From Trypanosoma brucei (taxonomy: Eukaryota), in NCBI GenBank assembly GCA_000002445.1, contig AE017150.2, positions 1,120,001 to 1,184,000 on the forward strand: a DNA stretch of 64,000 nt, given 5' to 3'. Under the pieces are notes generated by a model, which did not search any database, had not been told where the DNA came from, and was given only the letters and a program-made list of their open reading frames with translations. This document shows, piece by piece, positions 25,623 through 39,519 of this stretch. The first letter of the stretch is position 1. Every line of letters starts with the position of its first letter. The position numbers and the translations under genes are program-made.

Positions 25623-26582
25623 ATGACACGCGCCTCGCTTCCTGTTATTGATGTTTCGCCCCTATTTGGTGGCGAATCCGCAGAAAAGGAAAGGGTCTCC
25701 AAGCAGATTGATAATGCATGCAGGACATGGGGCTTCTTCTACATTGTGGGACATCCGATTCAGCAGGAGCAGATTGACAAAGTACTTAAGTTAGCTGATA
25801 CTTTTTTCTCTCTTCCTATGGAGGAGAAGCTCAAATTGGACGTTCGCAAGGGTAGACTTTATCGTGGTTACACTGCCCCTGGAGTAGAGGAAGCTGATGT
25901 AGGGAAGGTTTACACGTACGAGACCTTTACGACGGGATACCATCTTCCTAAGCACCATCCAGACGTCATGGCAGGCAAACCGCTCCGAGGACCGAATATC
26001 CACCCCACTCAAGTGAGGGGATGGATGGAGGGTATGGAAGGTCATTACCGCGATATGTGGGCACTTGCGCTTGTCCTCCTGCGCGCTATGGCGCAAGCTA
26101 TCGGTTTGCAGGAAGATTTCTTCGACTCCAAGTTTATGGATCCCCTTTGTGAATTGAATATAAAGCACTACGTTCCCTTATCTCAAACGAAAGAAGAAAC
26201 TACTTTGCTCATTGAGCACAGCGATTTCGGTGTTATGACGTTACTCTATCAAGACGCTTCAGGTGGCTTGCAAGTACGTGATAGTTCCGGAGAGCTGATG
26301 GATGTGCCACCTGTTGAAGGAAGTTTTGTTGTCAACCTTGGAGACATGATGGAGATGTGGACCAATGGCCAATACCGTTCCACAAAGCATCGTGTGGTAG
26401 CCACAGACAAGGAACGGTACTCCATGCCTTTCTTTTGCAATCCCAATCCGAATGTCATCGTCAAGTGCCTCGACAACTGTCACTCGGAAGAGAATCCACC
26501 AAGGTACCCTCCAGTGCGGGCTGTTGATTGGGTTTTGAAGCGGTTCGCGGAGGCATATGGGAAAGATTACTCAAAAATGTAG
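25623..26582 (+). CDS. 2OG/Fe(II) oxygenase (iron/ascorbate oxidoreductase family), copy 3
   Basis: 319 aa with the same motifs. About 99% identical to copies 2 and 4. Confidence 0.88.
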   Translation: MTRASLPVIDVSPLFGGESAEKERVSKQIDNACRTWGFFYIVGHPIQQEQIDKVLKLADTFFSLPMEEKLKLDVRKGRLYRGYTAPGVEEADVGKVYTYETFTTGYHLPKHHPDVMAGKPLRGPNIHPTQVRGWMEGMEGHYRDMWALALVLLRAMAQAIGLQEDFFDSKFMDPLCELNIKHYVPLSQTKEETTLLIEHSDFGVMTLLYQDASGGLQVRDSSGELMDVPPVEGSFVVNLGDMMEMWTNGQYRSTKHRVVATDKERYSMPFFCNPNPNVIVKCLDNCHSEENPPRYPPVRAVDWVLKRFAEAYGKDYSKM

Positions 26583-28860
26583 GAGTGGTTCCTAGTTTGC
26601 ATTTCTTTTAGCATTTGCTTTATCAAGAATGGTATCAGGCCCTGCAATTAGTAGTTGTTTTTCAGACGTGGCTGACTTACATATGCGTAGTATCTGTCGT
26701 AATGCAAAAAGTTCTGTGATTTAAAATGTGGGTGAAGACAGTACGGTAACGTATCTAGTCAGAATGAATATATTTCACTCACTCTTTATTTTCAATGTAG
26801 GGAATTGTTAAAGGGGTAATAATATTTCTTTCACCTTTCCTCTTCCTTTTTTTTAATTGCCATCTTTGTAAGGGGTGCTGTAAGTCCATCTTTTCTCATA
26901 CTTTGATATCTTCATCTATTTCCTTATTACATTGAATAATGCATTAACATCTTCATTGCGATGCCAACTGAAGTATTCTGACAAGCAATAGGTGTATGCT
27001 ATTGTATGTTAGTTTATGCTGCAACAGAGTTCTCCTTGGAAATGCTTGTCTTTTTTTTTCACTTTGAGGGGGTTCTACAATTGTCTTTCCCCATTCTATT
27101 CTAAGGGTTAATTACGCATTAGAAATGCTACCAGTCACTTCAGAGGTATTCCTTCTTACACAAGTATTATTTTGATGCGATCTCATGCAAGGAGAATGGA
27201 GGTAAATGGAGAATGAAACAACTCACATTCTCCACCCACCCAATGGAGAGCATACGTTTTACCATGGAAGTCGCGCTTGAAGTATCTCCCCAAGTAGAGC
27301 AAACTAATGAGGAATTAGCACCTAAGGGCTGCGTTGTTAAATATTTTGAAAGAGTGGGGGTTCGTACGTGAAGGATAAGGGATTTTGAGGGTGCTTACTC
27401 TTATTGTGTTTTTAATTTTTTTTTTGAAAAGGGGGGTGGTGGCCAATTTTATTATGTCACCCGACGAATGGAATTGCTTTGTACCACGCTGTTTGTGTTT
27501 GTTACATATATTGGTAAGGAATAATGTTTTTTATGTGAATTTCAATGCGTTTGATGTTTTTTGTCACCGCACTTATGTTGAGTCTGTGCAATTTCTTTTC
27601 CCTCCATGCTGAACATACCATTCTCTATTATTTTCTTATCTTTCATTGTTTCAGCTTTTCAGGGGAAACACATGCATACCCACGAGATGGAATACACTAA
27701 ACGACACGTAACACTGTGGGAGAATGTTATAAATGCATGCAGTCCAATACTTGAGAAATGTGTATTTTCTACACCTTAACATCAATTTTTTTTTTTGTAA
27801 AGGACAAACTCACTGAGTGTTTAGTGACTGCGCTTCTTCAAACTTTTCTCCCTCAAGGCGTATTATGCAGTTGCAGAGAGTCATCTGTTTTCTGCTCCTT
27901 CTCCGCTTGCTAATGATTTGTGTTTATGCGTGTTGCTTCCTTTTTTATATTGTAAGTAATAGAAGACAAAAAAGGGGATATTACATATTACATATTTTAT
28001 TTTGTATGTTAGCATGGTTGCATAATTTATTCTGCTGTAGAGGCGTGTGTTATGGATTGTAGTATTTGGAAAAGTTGTTCGACTAAAAGTTATAAAAGCT
28101 AACCCTGTGTGTGATGGATTTTTAATTTATATAAACTTGTTTAACTTTATATTAGAATATAAATTTATTTATTGTCATTTAAATAGTTCACCCATATGAG
28201 AAAACTAAATGAACACATATACGCACGTATATGTATATTTATATTTGCATATTTGTTGTTTATGTATATTATATTTGAGTAATGTTGGTAAGGTAAGAAA
28301 ACGGCTGTGTAATAAATCATTTTTATTTGGTATGCTTTGAGTGCGCGCGCGTGGGTTCTTTATTTCTATTATTAGAAAAGGAAACTGCAATAATTGTTTC
28401 ATTATTAAAAGTTCTTCATGACTCTTGTTTTTAAGTTTAGCATTTTGCTATTACTCAAATCATGTGAATTAAGGGAGGACTCATATCAGTATCATATGAT
28501 GATATTTGAAACAATTTAGAGACGCCTGATATTACTCAATACTCTAACTCTTTTTTTTCCTTTCATATCCATTGCATTTATATTGTGATATGATAAGTTG
28601 ATTTGTGTTAGCATTCAAATGCAGCATTGTTATTATTAATATTAACTTCCTTAAAGGAAATTAATTCGAAAGGAATGTTATTGTAAAAGGATTCAAATTG
28701 CAAGTAGTTATTCAGATAATGTTAATAATTTATACACAATTTTATATTTATTGTAGTTGTAGTAGTGTGCGTATTTAAACAAAGGTACCACTAATTTTGT
28801 AATTACTCAATAGTTATAATGACACAATTCTATTTCTTGATAATTTGAGTCCCTGAATTT

Positions 28861-28934
28861 GTTTTTCCCTTCATATTTTTCACTTTGCTTTTCTTTTCTT
28901 TCATTTCATATATGTTTTTCTTTTTGTTATATAG
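28861..28934 (+). promoter_or_regulatory. Polypyrimidine tract + AG upstream of NT paralog 3
   Basis: Same tract; AG at 28933-28934. Confidence 0.55.
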
Positions 28935-28973
28935 ACAAGCTTATTATATCACTATTTCAAGTAATTCAAAAAG

Positions 28974-30374
28974 ATGGCAATGCTTGGTTTCGAGTCGACA
29001 GCTGAATTTTTTGTCTATCTCACCTTCATCTTTTTTGGGATGTCGGTGATGAATGTGACGAATGCTATTTACTCTATTCCTGACTATTTTTCAGTGTATT
29101 ATCAATTTGTTAAAAATGATGAAAAAGCGAAACCTGTCAATGCATCGTTCTGGGAGCACATGTTCACGTATTATAATGTTGTTGTGTTTACGATGCAAGT
29201 GGTTTTGGAGGCTTTTATGCTAACACCATTGGGCCGACGCATTCCTATTAGTTGGCGTCTCATCTTTGGACTCACAATTCCTATGGGTGAGATCATTGCA
29301 ATTTTAGTGATCCCTGAAGTTGGAGGAAGTGAAGCTGGTGCGATGGCAACTGTTATGATAGTTGCTTTTGTTGGTGGTATTTCCAAAACACTTTGTGACT
29401 CCAGCAATGCTGCACTTGCGGGACCGTTTCCGACTAAATTCTATGGTGCCATCGTGTGGGGTCTTGCAGTCTCTGGCCTAATCACTTCATTTATGTCTGT
29501 TGTCATCAAAGCAGCGATGGAATACAGCTTCAAAAGCAGACGAGTTCAGTCCCAAATATACTTTGGATTAGTCATGCTTCTTCAGGTGGTTGCATGCGTG
29601 CTTCTTGTCCTTCTGAGGAAAAACCCATATGCCATTAAATATGCTGCAGAATTTAGGTATGCTGCGAGGAAGGATGGAAAGACAGATGATGGCGAAGATG
29701 AAAACGATGCAAAGGGAACAGGGCCAGCAGACGAAGATGGGTATCCTGATGAAAAAGAGAATAAGAATGTATTGAATGCTGATATTGATCCAGATAAGAT
29801 GAAGGATACGGATCAGGTTGAAGGCACTACCAACGCTCAGCAAATGCTTGATGCGAGTGTTATGGTTGTGGTGAAACGTATTTGGCCCATGTTACTTTCA
29901 TGCTTCTTTGTGTTCTTTGCGACACTTCTCATCTTCCCTGGTGTATTCTTTGCTGTTAAAGATAAAACAACGGTAAAAAACTTTTGGTATTATACAATTA
30001 TTGTTGCCATGTTCAACTTGGGTGATTTCTTGTCTCGTCTGGTGCTGCAGTTCAAGCGGTTGCATGTGTCTCCGCGCATGGTTATGATTGGTTCATTTGC
30101 ACGTGCGTTGCTGATAATTCCTCTTGCCCTTTGCGTTCCTGGTACCATTCCTGGTGTATGGCTTCCCTACACCGTTTCTCTCCTTTGGGGTCTCACAAAT
30201 GGTTACTTTGGTGGCCTTTCAATGATTTATGGACCACGTACGGGATCCCTCACCACAGCGGGTCAACGCTCTCTTGCTGCTATTTGCATTAATGTGGCTC
30301 TTTTACTCGGTCTCTTTGCTGGTGCTATGTTTGCATTGGCTGTTAAGGAGGGACTTCCGAAGGAAAAAAAGTAG
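28974..30374 (+). CDS. ENT-family nucleoside transporter, paralog 3 (466 aa)
   Basis: Same architecture. Shares its loop with paralog 2 and its TM9 region (LALCVPGTIPGVWLP) with paralog 1. C-terminus ...GLPKEKK. Confidence 0.9.
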   Translation: MAMLGFESTAEFFVYLTFIFFGMSVMNVTNAIYSIPDYFSVYYQFVKNDEKAKPVNASFWEHMFTYYNVVVFTMQVVLEAFMLTPLGRRIPISWRLIFGLTIPMGEIIAILVIPEVGGSEAGAMATVMIVAFVGGISKTLCDSSNAALAGPFPTKFYGAIVWGLAVSGLITSFMSVVIKAAMEYSFKSRRVQSQIYFGLVMLLQVVACVLLVLLRKNPYAIKYAAEFRYAARKDGKTDDGEDENDAKGTGPADEDGYPDEKENKNVLNADIDPDKMKDTDQVEGTTNAQQMLDASVMVVVKRIWPMLLSCFFVFFATLLIFPGVFFAVKDKTTVKNFWYYTIIVAMFNLGDFLSRLVLQFKRLHVSPRMVMIGSFARALLIIPLALCVPGTIPGVWLPYTVSLLWGLTNGYFGGLSMIYGPRTGSLTTAGQRSLAAICINVALLLGLFAGAMFALAVKEGLPKEKK

Positions 30375-33300
30375 GAGTTTTTAAAACATTAAATAATGTC
30401 TAAACTTTTTTTAAATTAATAAAATAAAAAAATAAACTCCATGCTGGTATCAGCTAGGAGTGGTTTTAACGATGAAAATAATAAAAAAAATAAAATAGGA
30501 AAAGATAAGACAAAAAGGGGTTAATTCTAGGAAAGTGAATAATATGACTCATGGCAGCAAGCAAGCATATACGTGCATATGTTATGTAGTTTTGAGGTAA
30601 AAGTGACGCAAAGAAAAGTGTTAGTCGGTTACAAACGCATCGCGCAAAGTACGATACGGCGGAGTTCTGCAAGCTTGTACCATGACAGTATTTCACTATT
30701 TTGTTAACTAACATGGATTTCACCTCTAAGATATGGTTTTAAGGGTAAGGGTTGTAAATTGTGAAATTGTATTGACGATCTCACTCATTAGTGCAAACCT
30801 TTGATACACTTTACTGTTTACTTTTGATGCAACACAAAATTTGTGTGAAAGAAAGAGCTATACTTCAGCTTGTAGCGTTTTCAGTGCGCTTATTTTCATC
30901 ACATGTGTGCAAACGAGTAAAAAAATGATGTGAACCCGAAAAGTCTTATTACTTTTCCTTTTATTCCCATGACCGTGCTATGGTGTTACGGATATGTGTG
31001 TAAGTGAGGAGTGTTGTGTGGATTTGCTTCTATTATTGTTTACTTGCCTTTGGTTGTATACCACACACCTGCTTATGTTTTCCCATATGTGTACGCCTGT
31101 AGATAACAGTGTGGGAGTTTACTCCGTGACGTTTTCTCACAAATGTCTAGAGGCAAATGATTAAAGTAATTTTTTTGTTTAATGTATATCTGTATATGTT
31201 TGTCTGTTTATGTGTATGTGTGTTTGTGTGTACGTATTTGACATGTTCAGCAATATGTTTAGATTATCCAATTATATCTTTTCTTTTCTATTTTCTTATA
31301 TTGTTTACTTGTCACTGTTTTACTTTCAGGAAGGTATATAAATTAAGCTGAAGCAACGTTATGTTCATTTGTGTATTAGACACATGAGTTTATTTCCAAG
31401 CAGATGATATATGCGTGAACGCGTGTGTTTAACTTTATAATGTCTTATACTAAAGATGTATCCAAATATTGCCATGCTAATACCTTGTGAGGCTTATTGT
31501 ACTTTTGTGTTGTGAAATAGTCAAGTAGTTGCTGTGTAACTTTTGTGTTATTTTTTAGATAATGTGTGTTTTCTTAGTCTAATATCTTTAATAAATGATT
31601 TGACAGCTGCTTGCATGTGAGGGTTTCATTCCTCTTCTTTGCTTAAAAATGTGCAGAGACTGGAATCCTTTATATAAATGAAGTGAAATGCATAACTTAT
31701 AAATTGCATTTCCACTTTCACATATTGTAATATTATTGAGTATCAAAAGGGAAATGATGAATCATGTAATAGGAAGTCATTCACAACATGGTAATAGAGC
31801 AATTCATCTTCGAAGCTATAACGGAACAAGCTTTTTATTGTAATGCTTATTTGTGGAATAGCTCATGCTTTATGAATGCTTGAGGATGGAGCGTTGTAAT
31901 ATTTTTAAAAGTAATATAAGTAAACTAGCAAACAAATTATCGTTTTTGTTTCTTCCTTCATAATCACTATAAGCTAAGCTATTAGTCTATTAGCAATAAT
32001 TAATATGACTACTAGTAGGGCAAAAGACGAGAAATAAGAAATTAATTTATAGGAATGATTTGATAGTTTGAAGGGTGTGTAATTATCATGTCTCTTATAC
32101 TAATGACGGATTATGCTAGAGAGAATGTGATTTGTGAGGTATTTGTGATTCTCTGAAGTGATACAGCGGTGCATGGGAACTCGTCGTAAGGATAAAAAAA
32201 ATAAATAATGTGCGGTATGTAATTTTTAAACCTCACATTGATGAGGTTGTGAGGCATAAAATAACTCTTGCCATTTTCCCAACGTGGCCAACAGTCCAAG
32301 AACTAGTGTAGTACTGCAGTAATGATACAGTGATGTTAAATTGAAAGCGAAAAATAAATATGAATGGCGTAAAAAGGGGGAAGGAAGTAGTGATGGTGGC
32401 GTAATCGATTGTTACTGTGTTTCATGACAAATTCTCTACATTCAATGATTCTAGAGGAAACAAGTACGTACCATAGCAGTGGTTACTGTGTTTCCATAAG
32501 GAGTAAGTTATATTTACTGGAAAATGTGGTATTAAGAAATGTTATATGTGAGTAGCAATATACCTCAACACAGAGATGTACGCTCATGTAATCACTACAC
32601 ACAAAAAAGTTCTGAAAGTTTTGAACGCGTTGAGCGGATTGATGCGTCTCTCCAACCTTGAGTTGAAATGCGCAACCCTTGAGTGTTGAGTTGGGATACA
32701 TATTTTTAGATGTCACTAGAGCTTGATGTGTGGAATGAAACTCTAGAGCTCATGCATATGGCTAATGCTTACCGTGGGCAAAACTTGTCGATGTTGGTAC
32801 GATGATATGCGATTTGTTGGCAGTGATAGCTTTCAGCGGATTGTATGGTAGGTGGTGTTTTTTTTTCTGCCACAGGCGGCAATGGCAGTGTTGACTAATT
32901 TTTGAATTACTCAGAAGGGAAATTTCTCTGTTTAAGTGATGATCATGTTGAATCGTTGATAAAATCAACGGAATTATCCATAAGTTAGTTTTAATTGGAG
33001 GAAAATGAAATAGGAGAACTGCCCACGTTGATGTGTTGCGGACAAAGAAAAGTGAGTGGTATGCATATTTTAGAACCCAGTATTTTTCTTTCTCATCTGA
33101 TGTGCTTCCCTAATGTTTGGATCTGAGGAATACCTAATGATGATTAATGCGGTTAGAGTTAGGGCATTCTTTTGTGATGCTGAATATTGTATCTATTGAT
33201 AACAACAATCGATACGCCATACTCAAACATAAATGAATTCTCACACATAAACGCTGCTTCTGGTATCGCCAACCGTTATGTTCAATAGCTCGTTACGTGG

Positions 33301-33601
33301 AGCATGAGTGGATGTGACAGTGAATGTTCCTTCATCAAAGACAGCTGCGTGATGCTTAACTCAGAATATGTCAATGGTATCGTATTATAGCCAAGTTTAA
33401 GTTTAATAATTAATAATAGTGATGTGTGTGGGAAAAGTGAGATTGTACCATTGCAGTGGGTGAACCGTTTCGTTTGGGACGTATTGCATTCTGCTGTGTG
33501 ATTAAGCGCCGAGTTTTTCTGCAAATATACGTATGATATTTAGTTGCTGTCGACCCGCCGAATCGGTGTGTGGTTAGTGTAAAGCATTATGCGAACATAG
33601 G

Positions 33602-34061
33602 TTAGTAATGCACAGTGTTTAGAAGGCGAATGTGCCATTCAAGTAACCTTGATTTATACGTAACGTTTCTTACTTTTTTGTGGTGTTTCACTGTGATCAT
33701 TCCGAGCGATGTAGTTTATGCTGTTAATGTCACTCAAAGCAATCTGATATTTTTTATGATTGTCACTGCAGCATCTCTTTCTACAAGTTTCTTTACTTTT
33801 TTTAAAAAAAAAGGCATCATTATAGAGCTTGAAAAAGATGTCATAGCTCTTTAACCCTTTACACCCTCTCAAAATATGCCATGAAAAATGTAAAACTTGC
33901 CAGTTGTTTTCACGGTTGCGGCTCTGTAAGAAAGTGAATATTTCACACTTTGGAGAGCTAATTTTGCTACGAAGTGGTTAAGGCCACCTATTCGCAGTGG
34001 CAGCCCTTGAGGTGAAAACCACATATACTAACGTATCGACAGCAGTAATGAGGACATGTGT
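33602..34061. other. Same ~460 bp spacer insert, unit D copy
   Basis: Offset +10,540 from the unit C copy. Confidence 0.8.
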
Positions 34062-35989
34062 CAGCATGGGACGTATGTTTCACTACAGTGTCACAGAGGT
34101 TTTAAAGCACAGTGGGCACGGGAGGTGAATTAGTTGTAGATCTCTTTGTGCCTTAACCTTTCGTGCTATTCTTTTTTTTCTCTCTGGAACTGATACAGTC
34201 TGGGGAGGCAGTGTGCTCAAGCTTCGCTAAGTTTTTGGAAGCAGGACTCACGACCCATCCCCCACTGTGTAATGTATGATGACCAGATTTGTTCTGAGGG
34301 AGCGTCAAACCAATCGTGTACGATGGGCGTGTAGAACAGGAAGTAAAGGAAGGTGTGTTATTATATGCAAATGCAGATGAAATACTGCTCACAACACCTA
34401 AAGAAAGCAAAGTCACTCCTGACGGTTTTGATCATTTTATCAGTGTATCACAATCTAATCACCTTTGCTGCTGTAGAAGGCTCATTGCATAGTTGTGTGT
34501 ATTTTGCTTTCAGAGCTTGAGACAACCAGTCACTTACCGACCACTGTGGAGAGTGATCACGATGATGTCGTCGGCTTTCCTGTATGGAAGGAAGTATCAT
34601 TTTGCTCTTCTGCTCGCGTAATTGTGTTCCTTTGTGTATCCGTGGAGTAGCGTTGTTATTGAAAAGAGGGATGATGAGTAGAATGGCGACTCAACACTTT
34701 TTCTTGTACTGAAGAAATACCAAGAGTTTTTTTCAGCAGGACAGACCTGCGGTGGCCATGTGGTTTAGATACCTCAGGGACAACTTCCATATTGCACAAG
34801 GAGAACTTCTGCGTCTTGAGGTGACATGGCGCATGCTAGTGTTGGGATATCTGTACATTGGAATAGCAAGGTCTTCCAAGGAAGGAAGAGGGATACATAA
34901 GCCAGTGAAGGGCTGCACAGGTGCTGTGTCAGGTGTGAAGGTGATAGATGGCTCTAAGGAAGTGTCAGATGTGATTATACTCGGCAAGAGGTTGCTGCTC
35001 AAGGTTTTGATTATATACTTCCCGAGACGATCAAATGTCGCGTAACTTACGTTGGAAGAAAGTTTAGGGGGAGCAATGGGATGAGGGAAGTCCCCACTGG
35101 ATTGTTTGGTCGGATATACAACATGATAAGTGGAAGGTTTGTTGAAGAAGAACGCAGGTACACCACATCCAATAGGTGAGAAGGCAGTAATGGCCGGGTG
35201 CATTTGCTGTGAGTGAAAACTTTAACAATGGATGCTAAGTAGTTAATGTTGAAATGTTTTAAAACGTTAGAGAAAGGAATGACTAAATGGTTGTAGGTAC
35301 GTAAATCGTGGGACGCACTAAGGGAAAATGATGTAGTGGTGCGATGGAGCAAGGGACTCGAATACCCAATATATTACAAGAAACGCTACTGTTGAGTTGG
35401 GTGCAGAAACAAGTGAGAGACAAGCTGTTTGGGTAGCTGAAGTATCGACCACTGGGAAAGGTGAAGCGTTGGCAGGAAGGATCATCAAATCTCATCCTCA
35501 TTTCATTTAGTATGACTGAGGAAGCGAGGGAAGGAAAGGAATGGTTGTGAAGGGAGCAAGTAGTGAAAGCAAAATAGTAGAAGCAATTGTGGCGTCAAAT
35601 AAGATGTGAAGGGTAGCGTTAGTACAAATAGAAAAGCAAAACCAAGTTAAAAAAATTGGTTGCCGACGTCAAGGAAGCGGGGACAGGTGAATAAAATTAT
35701 GTAATTCGTACCAGTTTAAATGTATTAAAATGAACTCTGATGTGTGTGATTTGCTACTGTTAACTTGCTGAACATCGGAACTGATACGTTGCTCTGTGCT
35801 ATTGTAGCAGTGCACTCCAGTGTGGTATCACTGGAACTATAAAACCTTATATTTCTTAGGGTTCTGTATCAGTGCTTCCACTATGGCATCATTGTGTTAA
35901 CGTGAGCAGTATATTGTCGCGTAGTGAACAACATGTCAACTAGTTCGTTTAAACTGTTGCTCTCTTGACAGTTTGTAGTTCGTATCACT

Positions 35990-36028
35990 CTGTTGTGTGC
36001 TTTTTTTTGTCTTGTTTATTCCCCTGAG
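35990..36028 (+). promoter_or_regulatory. Polypyrimidine tract + AG upstream of oxygenase copy 4
   Basis: Same motif. Confidence 0.5.
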
Positions 36029-36167
36029 ATATTACTGGTAAGTCCTCCTTTATCCTAATTTTTGTATTTACGCCGGCTGTTGAAGCGGAACCCTTCCAAT
36101 TATTAGGCACAAAACGGTACATATATATATATATTACAAGAAAGCAACAGTGTGTAATTTAGAAACC

Positions 36168-37127
36168 ATGACACGCGCCTCGCTTCCCGTTATTGATGTT
36201 TCGCCGCTATTTGGTGGCGAATCCGCAGAAAAGGAAAGGGTCTCCAAGCAGATTGATAATGCATGCAGGACATGGGGCTTCTTCTACATTGTGGGACATC
36301 CGATTCAGCAGGAGCAGATTGACAAAGTACTTAAGTTAGCTGATACTTTTTTCTCTCTTCCTATGGAGGAGAAGCTCAAATTGGACGTTCGCAAGGGTAG
36401 ACTTTATCGTGGTTACACTGCCCCTGGAGTAGAGGAAGCTGATGTAGGGAAGGTTTACACGTACGAGACCTTTACGACGGGATACCATCTTCCTAAGCAC
36501 CATCCAGACGTCATGGCAGGCAAACCGCTCCGAGGACCGAATATCCACCCCACTCAAGTGAGGGGATGGATGGAGGGTATGGAAGGTCATTACCGCGATA
36601 TGTGGGCACTTGCGCTTGTCCTCCTGCGCGCTATGGCGCAAGCTATCGGTTTGCAGGAAGATTTCTTCGACTCCAAGTTTATGGATCCCCTTTGTGAATT
36701 GAATATAAAGCACTACGTTCCCTTATCTCAAACGAAAGAAGAAACTACTTTGCTCATTGAGCACAGCGATTTCGGTGTTATGACGTTACTCTATCAAGAC
36801 GCTTCAGGTGGCTTGCAAGTACGTGATAGTTCCGGAGAGCTGATGGATGTGCCACCTGTTGAAGGAAGTTTTGTTGTCAACCTTGGAGACATGATGGAGA
36901 TGTGGACCAATGGCCAATACCGTTCCACAAAGCATCGTGTGGTAGCCACAGGCAAGGAACGGTACTCCATGCCTTTCTTTTGCAATCCCAATCCGAATGT
37001 CATCGTCAAGTGCCTCGACAACTGTCACTCGGAAGAGAATCCACCAAGGTACCCTCCAGTGCGGGCTGTTGATTGGATTTTGAAGCGGTTCGCGGAGGCA
37101 TATGGGAAAGATTACTCAAAAATGTAG
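36168..37127 (+). CDS. 2OG/Fe(II) oxygenase (iron/ascorbate oxidoreductase family), copy 4
   Basis: 319 aa; differs from copy 3 by D->G (VVATGKERY) and V->I (DWILKRF). Confidence 0.88.
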   Translation: MTRASLPVIDVSPLFGGESAEKERVSKQIDNACRTWGFFYIVGHPIQQEQIDKVLKLADTFFSLPMEEKLKLDVRKGRLYRGYTAPGVEEADVGKVYTYETFTTGYHLPKHHPDVMAGKPLRGPNIHPTQVRGWMEGMEGHYRDMWALALVLLRAMAQAIGLQEDFFDSKFMDPLCELNIKHYVPLSQTKEETTLLIEHSDFGVMTLLYQDASGGLQVRDSSGELMDVPPVEGSFVVNLGDMMEMWTNGQYRSTKHRVVATGKERYSMPFFCNPNPNVIVKCLDNCHSEENPPRYPPVRAVDWILKRFAEAYGKDYSKM

Positions 37128-39404
37128 GAGTGGTTCCTAGTTTGCATTTCTTTTAGCATTTGCTTTATCAAGAATGGTATCAGGCCCTGCAATTAGTAGT
37201 TGTTTTTCAGATATGAATGATTTACATATGCGTAGTATCTGTCGTAATGCAAAAAGTTCTGTGATTTAAAATGTGGGTGAAGACAGTACGGTAACGTATC
37301 TAGTCAGAATGAATATATTTCACTTACTCTTTATTTTCAATGTAGGGAATTGTTAAAGGGGTAATAATATTTCTTTCACCTTTCCTCTTCCTTTTTTTTA
37401 ATTGACATCTTTGTAATGAATGCTGTAAGTCCATCTTTTCTCATACTTTGATATCTTCATCTATTTCCTTATTACATTGAATAATGCATTAACATCTTCA
37501 TTGCGATGACAACTGAAGTATTCTGACAAGCAATAGGTGTATGCTATTGTATGTTAGTTTATGCTGCAACAGAGTTCTCCTTGGAAATGCTTGTCTTTTT
37601 TTTTCACTTTGAGGGGGTTCTACAATTGTCTTTCCCCATTCTATTCTAAGGGTTAATTACGCATTAGAAATGCTACCAGTCACTTCAGAGGTATTCCTTC
37701 TTACACAAGTATTATTTTGATGCGATCTCATGCAAGGAGAATGGAGGTAAATGGAGAATGAAACAACTCACATTCTCCACCCACCCAATGGAGAGCATAC
37801 GTTTTACCATGGAAGTCGCGCTTGAAGTATCTCCCCAAGTAGAGCAAACTAATGAGGAATTAGCACCTAAGGGCTGCGTTGTTAAATATTTTGAAAGAGT
37901 GGGGGTTCGTACGTGAAGGATAAGGGATTTTGAGGGTGCTTACTCTTATTGTGTTTTTAATTTTTTTTTTGAAAAGGGGGGTGGTGGCCAATTTTATTAT
38001 GTCACCCGACGAATGGAATTGCTTTGTACCACGCTGTTTGTGTTTGTTACATATATTGGTAAGGAATAATGTTTTTTATGTGAATTTCAATGCGTTTGAT
38101 GTTTTTTGCCACCGCACTTATGTTGAGTCTGTGCAATTTCTTTTCCCTCCATGCTGAACATACCATTCTCTATTATTTTCTTATCTTTCATTGTTTCAGC
38201 TTTTCAGGGGAAACACATGCATACCCACGAGATGGAATACACTAAACGACACGTAACACTGTGGGAGAATGTTATAAATGCATGCAGTCCAATACTTGAG
38301 AAATGTGTATTTTCTACACCTTAACATCAATTTTTTTTTTTGTAAAGGACAAACTCACTGAGTGTTTAGTGACTGCGCTTCTTCAAACTTTTCTCCCTCA
38401 AGGCGTATTATGCAGTTGCAGAGAGTCATCTGTTTTCTGCTCCTTCTCCGCTTGCTAATGATTTGTGTTTATGCGTGTTGCTTCCTTTTTTATATTGTAA
38501 GTAATAGAAGACAAAAAAGGGGATATTACATATTACATATTTTATTTTGTATGTTAGCATGGTTGCATAATTTATTCTGCTGTAGAGGCGTGTGTTATGG
38601 ATTGTAGTATTTGGAGAAGTTGTTCGACTTAAAGTTATAAAAGCTAACCCTGTGTGTGATGGATTGTTAATTTATATAAACTTGTTTAACTTTACATTAG
38701 AATATAAATTTATTTATTGTCATTTAAATAGTTCACCAATATGAGAAAACTAAATGAACACGTATATGCACGTATATGTATATTTATATTTGCATATTTG
38801 TTGTTTATGTATATTATATCTGAGTAATGTTGGTAAGGTAAGAAAACGGCTGTGTAATAAATCATTTTTATTTGGTATGCTTTGAGTGCGCGCGCGTGGG
38901 TTCATTAGTTCTATTATTAGAAAAGGAAACTGCAATAATTGTTTCATTTTTAAAAGTTCTTCATGACTCTTGTTTTTAAGTTTAGCATTTTGCTATTACT
39001 CAAATCATGTGAATTAAGGGAGGACTCATATCAGTATCATATGATGATATTTGAAACAATTTAGAGACGCCTGATATTACTCAATACTCTAACTCTTTTT
39101 TTTTCCTTTCATATCCATTGCATTTATATTGTGATATGATAAGTTGATTTGTGTTAGCATTCAAATGCAGCATTGTTATTATTAATATTAACTTCCTTAA
39201 AGGAAATTAATTCGAAAGGAATGTTATTGTAAAAGGATTCAAATTGCAAGTAGTTATTCAGATAATGTTAATAATTTATACACAATTTTATATTTATTGT
39301 AGTTGTAGTAGTGTGCGTATTTAAACAAAGGTACCACTAATTTTGTAATTACTAAAAAGTTATAATGACACAATTCTATTTCTTGATAATTTGAGTCCCT
39401 GAAT

Positions 39405-39481
39405 TTGTTTTTCCCTTCATATTTTTCACTTTGCTTTTCTTTTCTTTCATTTCATATATGTTTTTCTTTTTGTTATATAGA
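39405..39481 (+). promoter_or_regulatory. Polypyrimidine tract + AG upstream of NT paralog 4
   Basis: Same tract; AG at 39480-39481. Confidence 0.55.
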
Positions 39482-39519
39482 CAAGCTTATTATATCACTA
39501 TTTCAAGTAATTCAAAAAG

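Larger units (their letters stand above)
19844..30374 (+). repeat. Array unit C (10,531 bp; contains the ~460 bp spacer insert)
   Basis: Near-identical to unit D across spacers and oxygenase. The NT CDS interior differs. Confidence 0.9.
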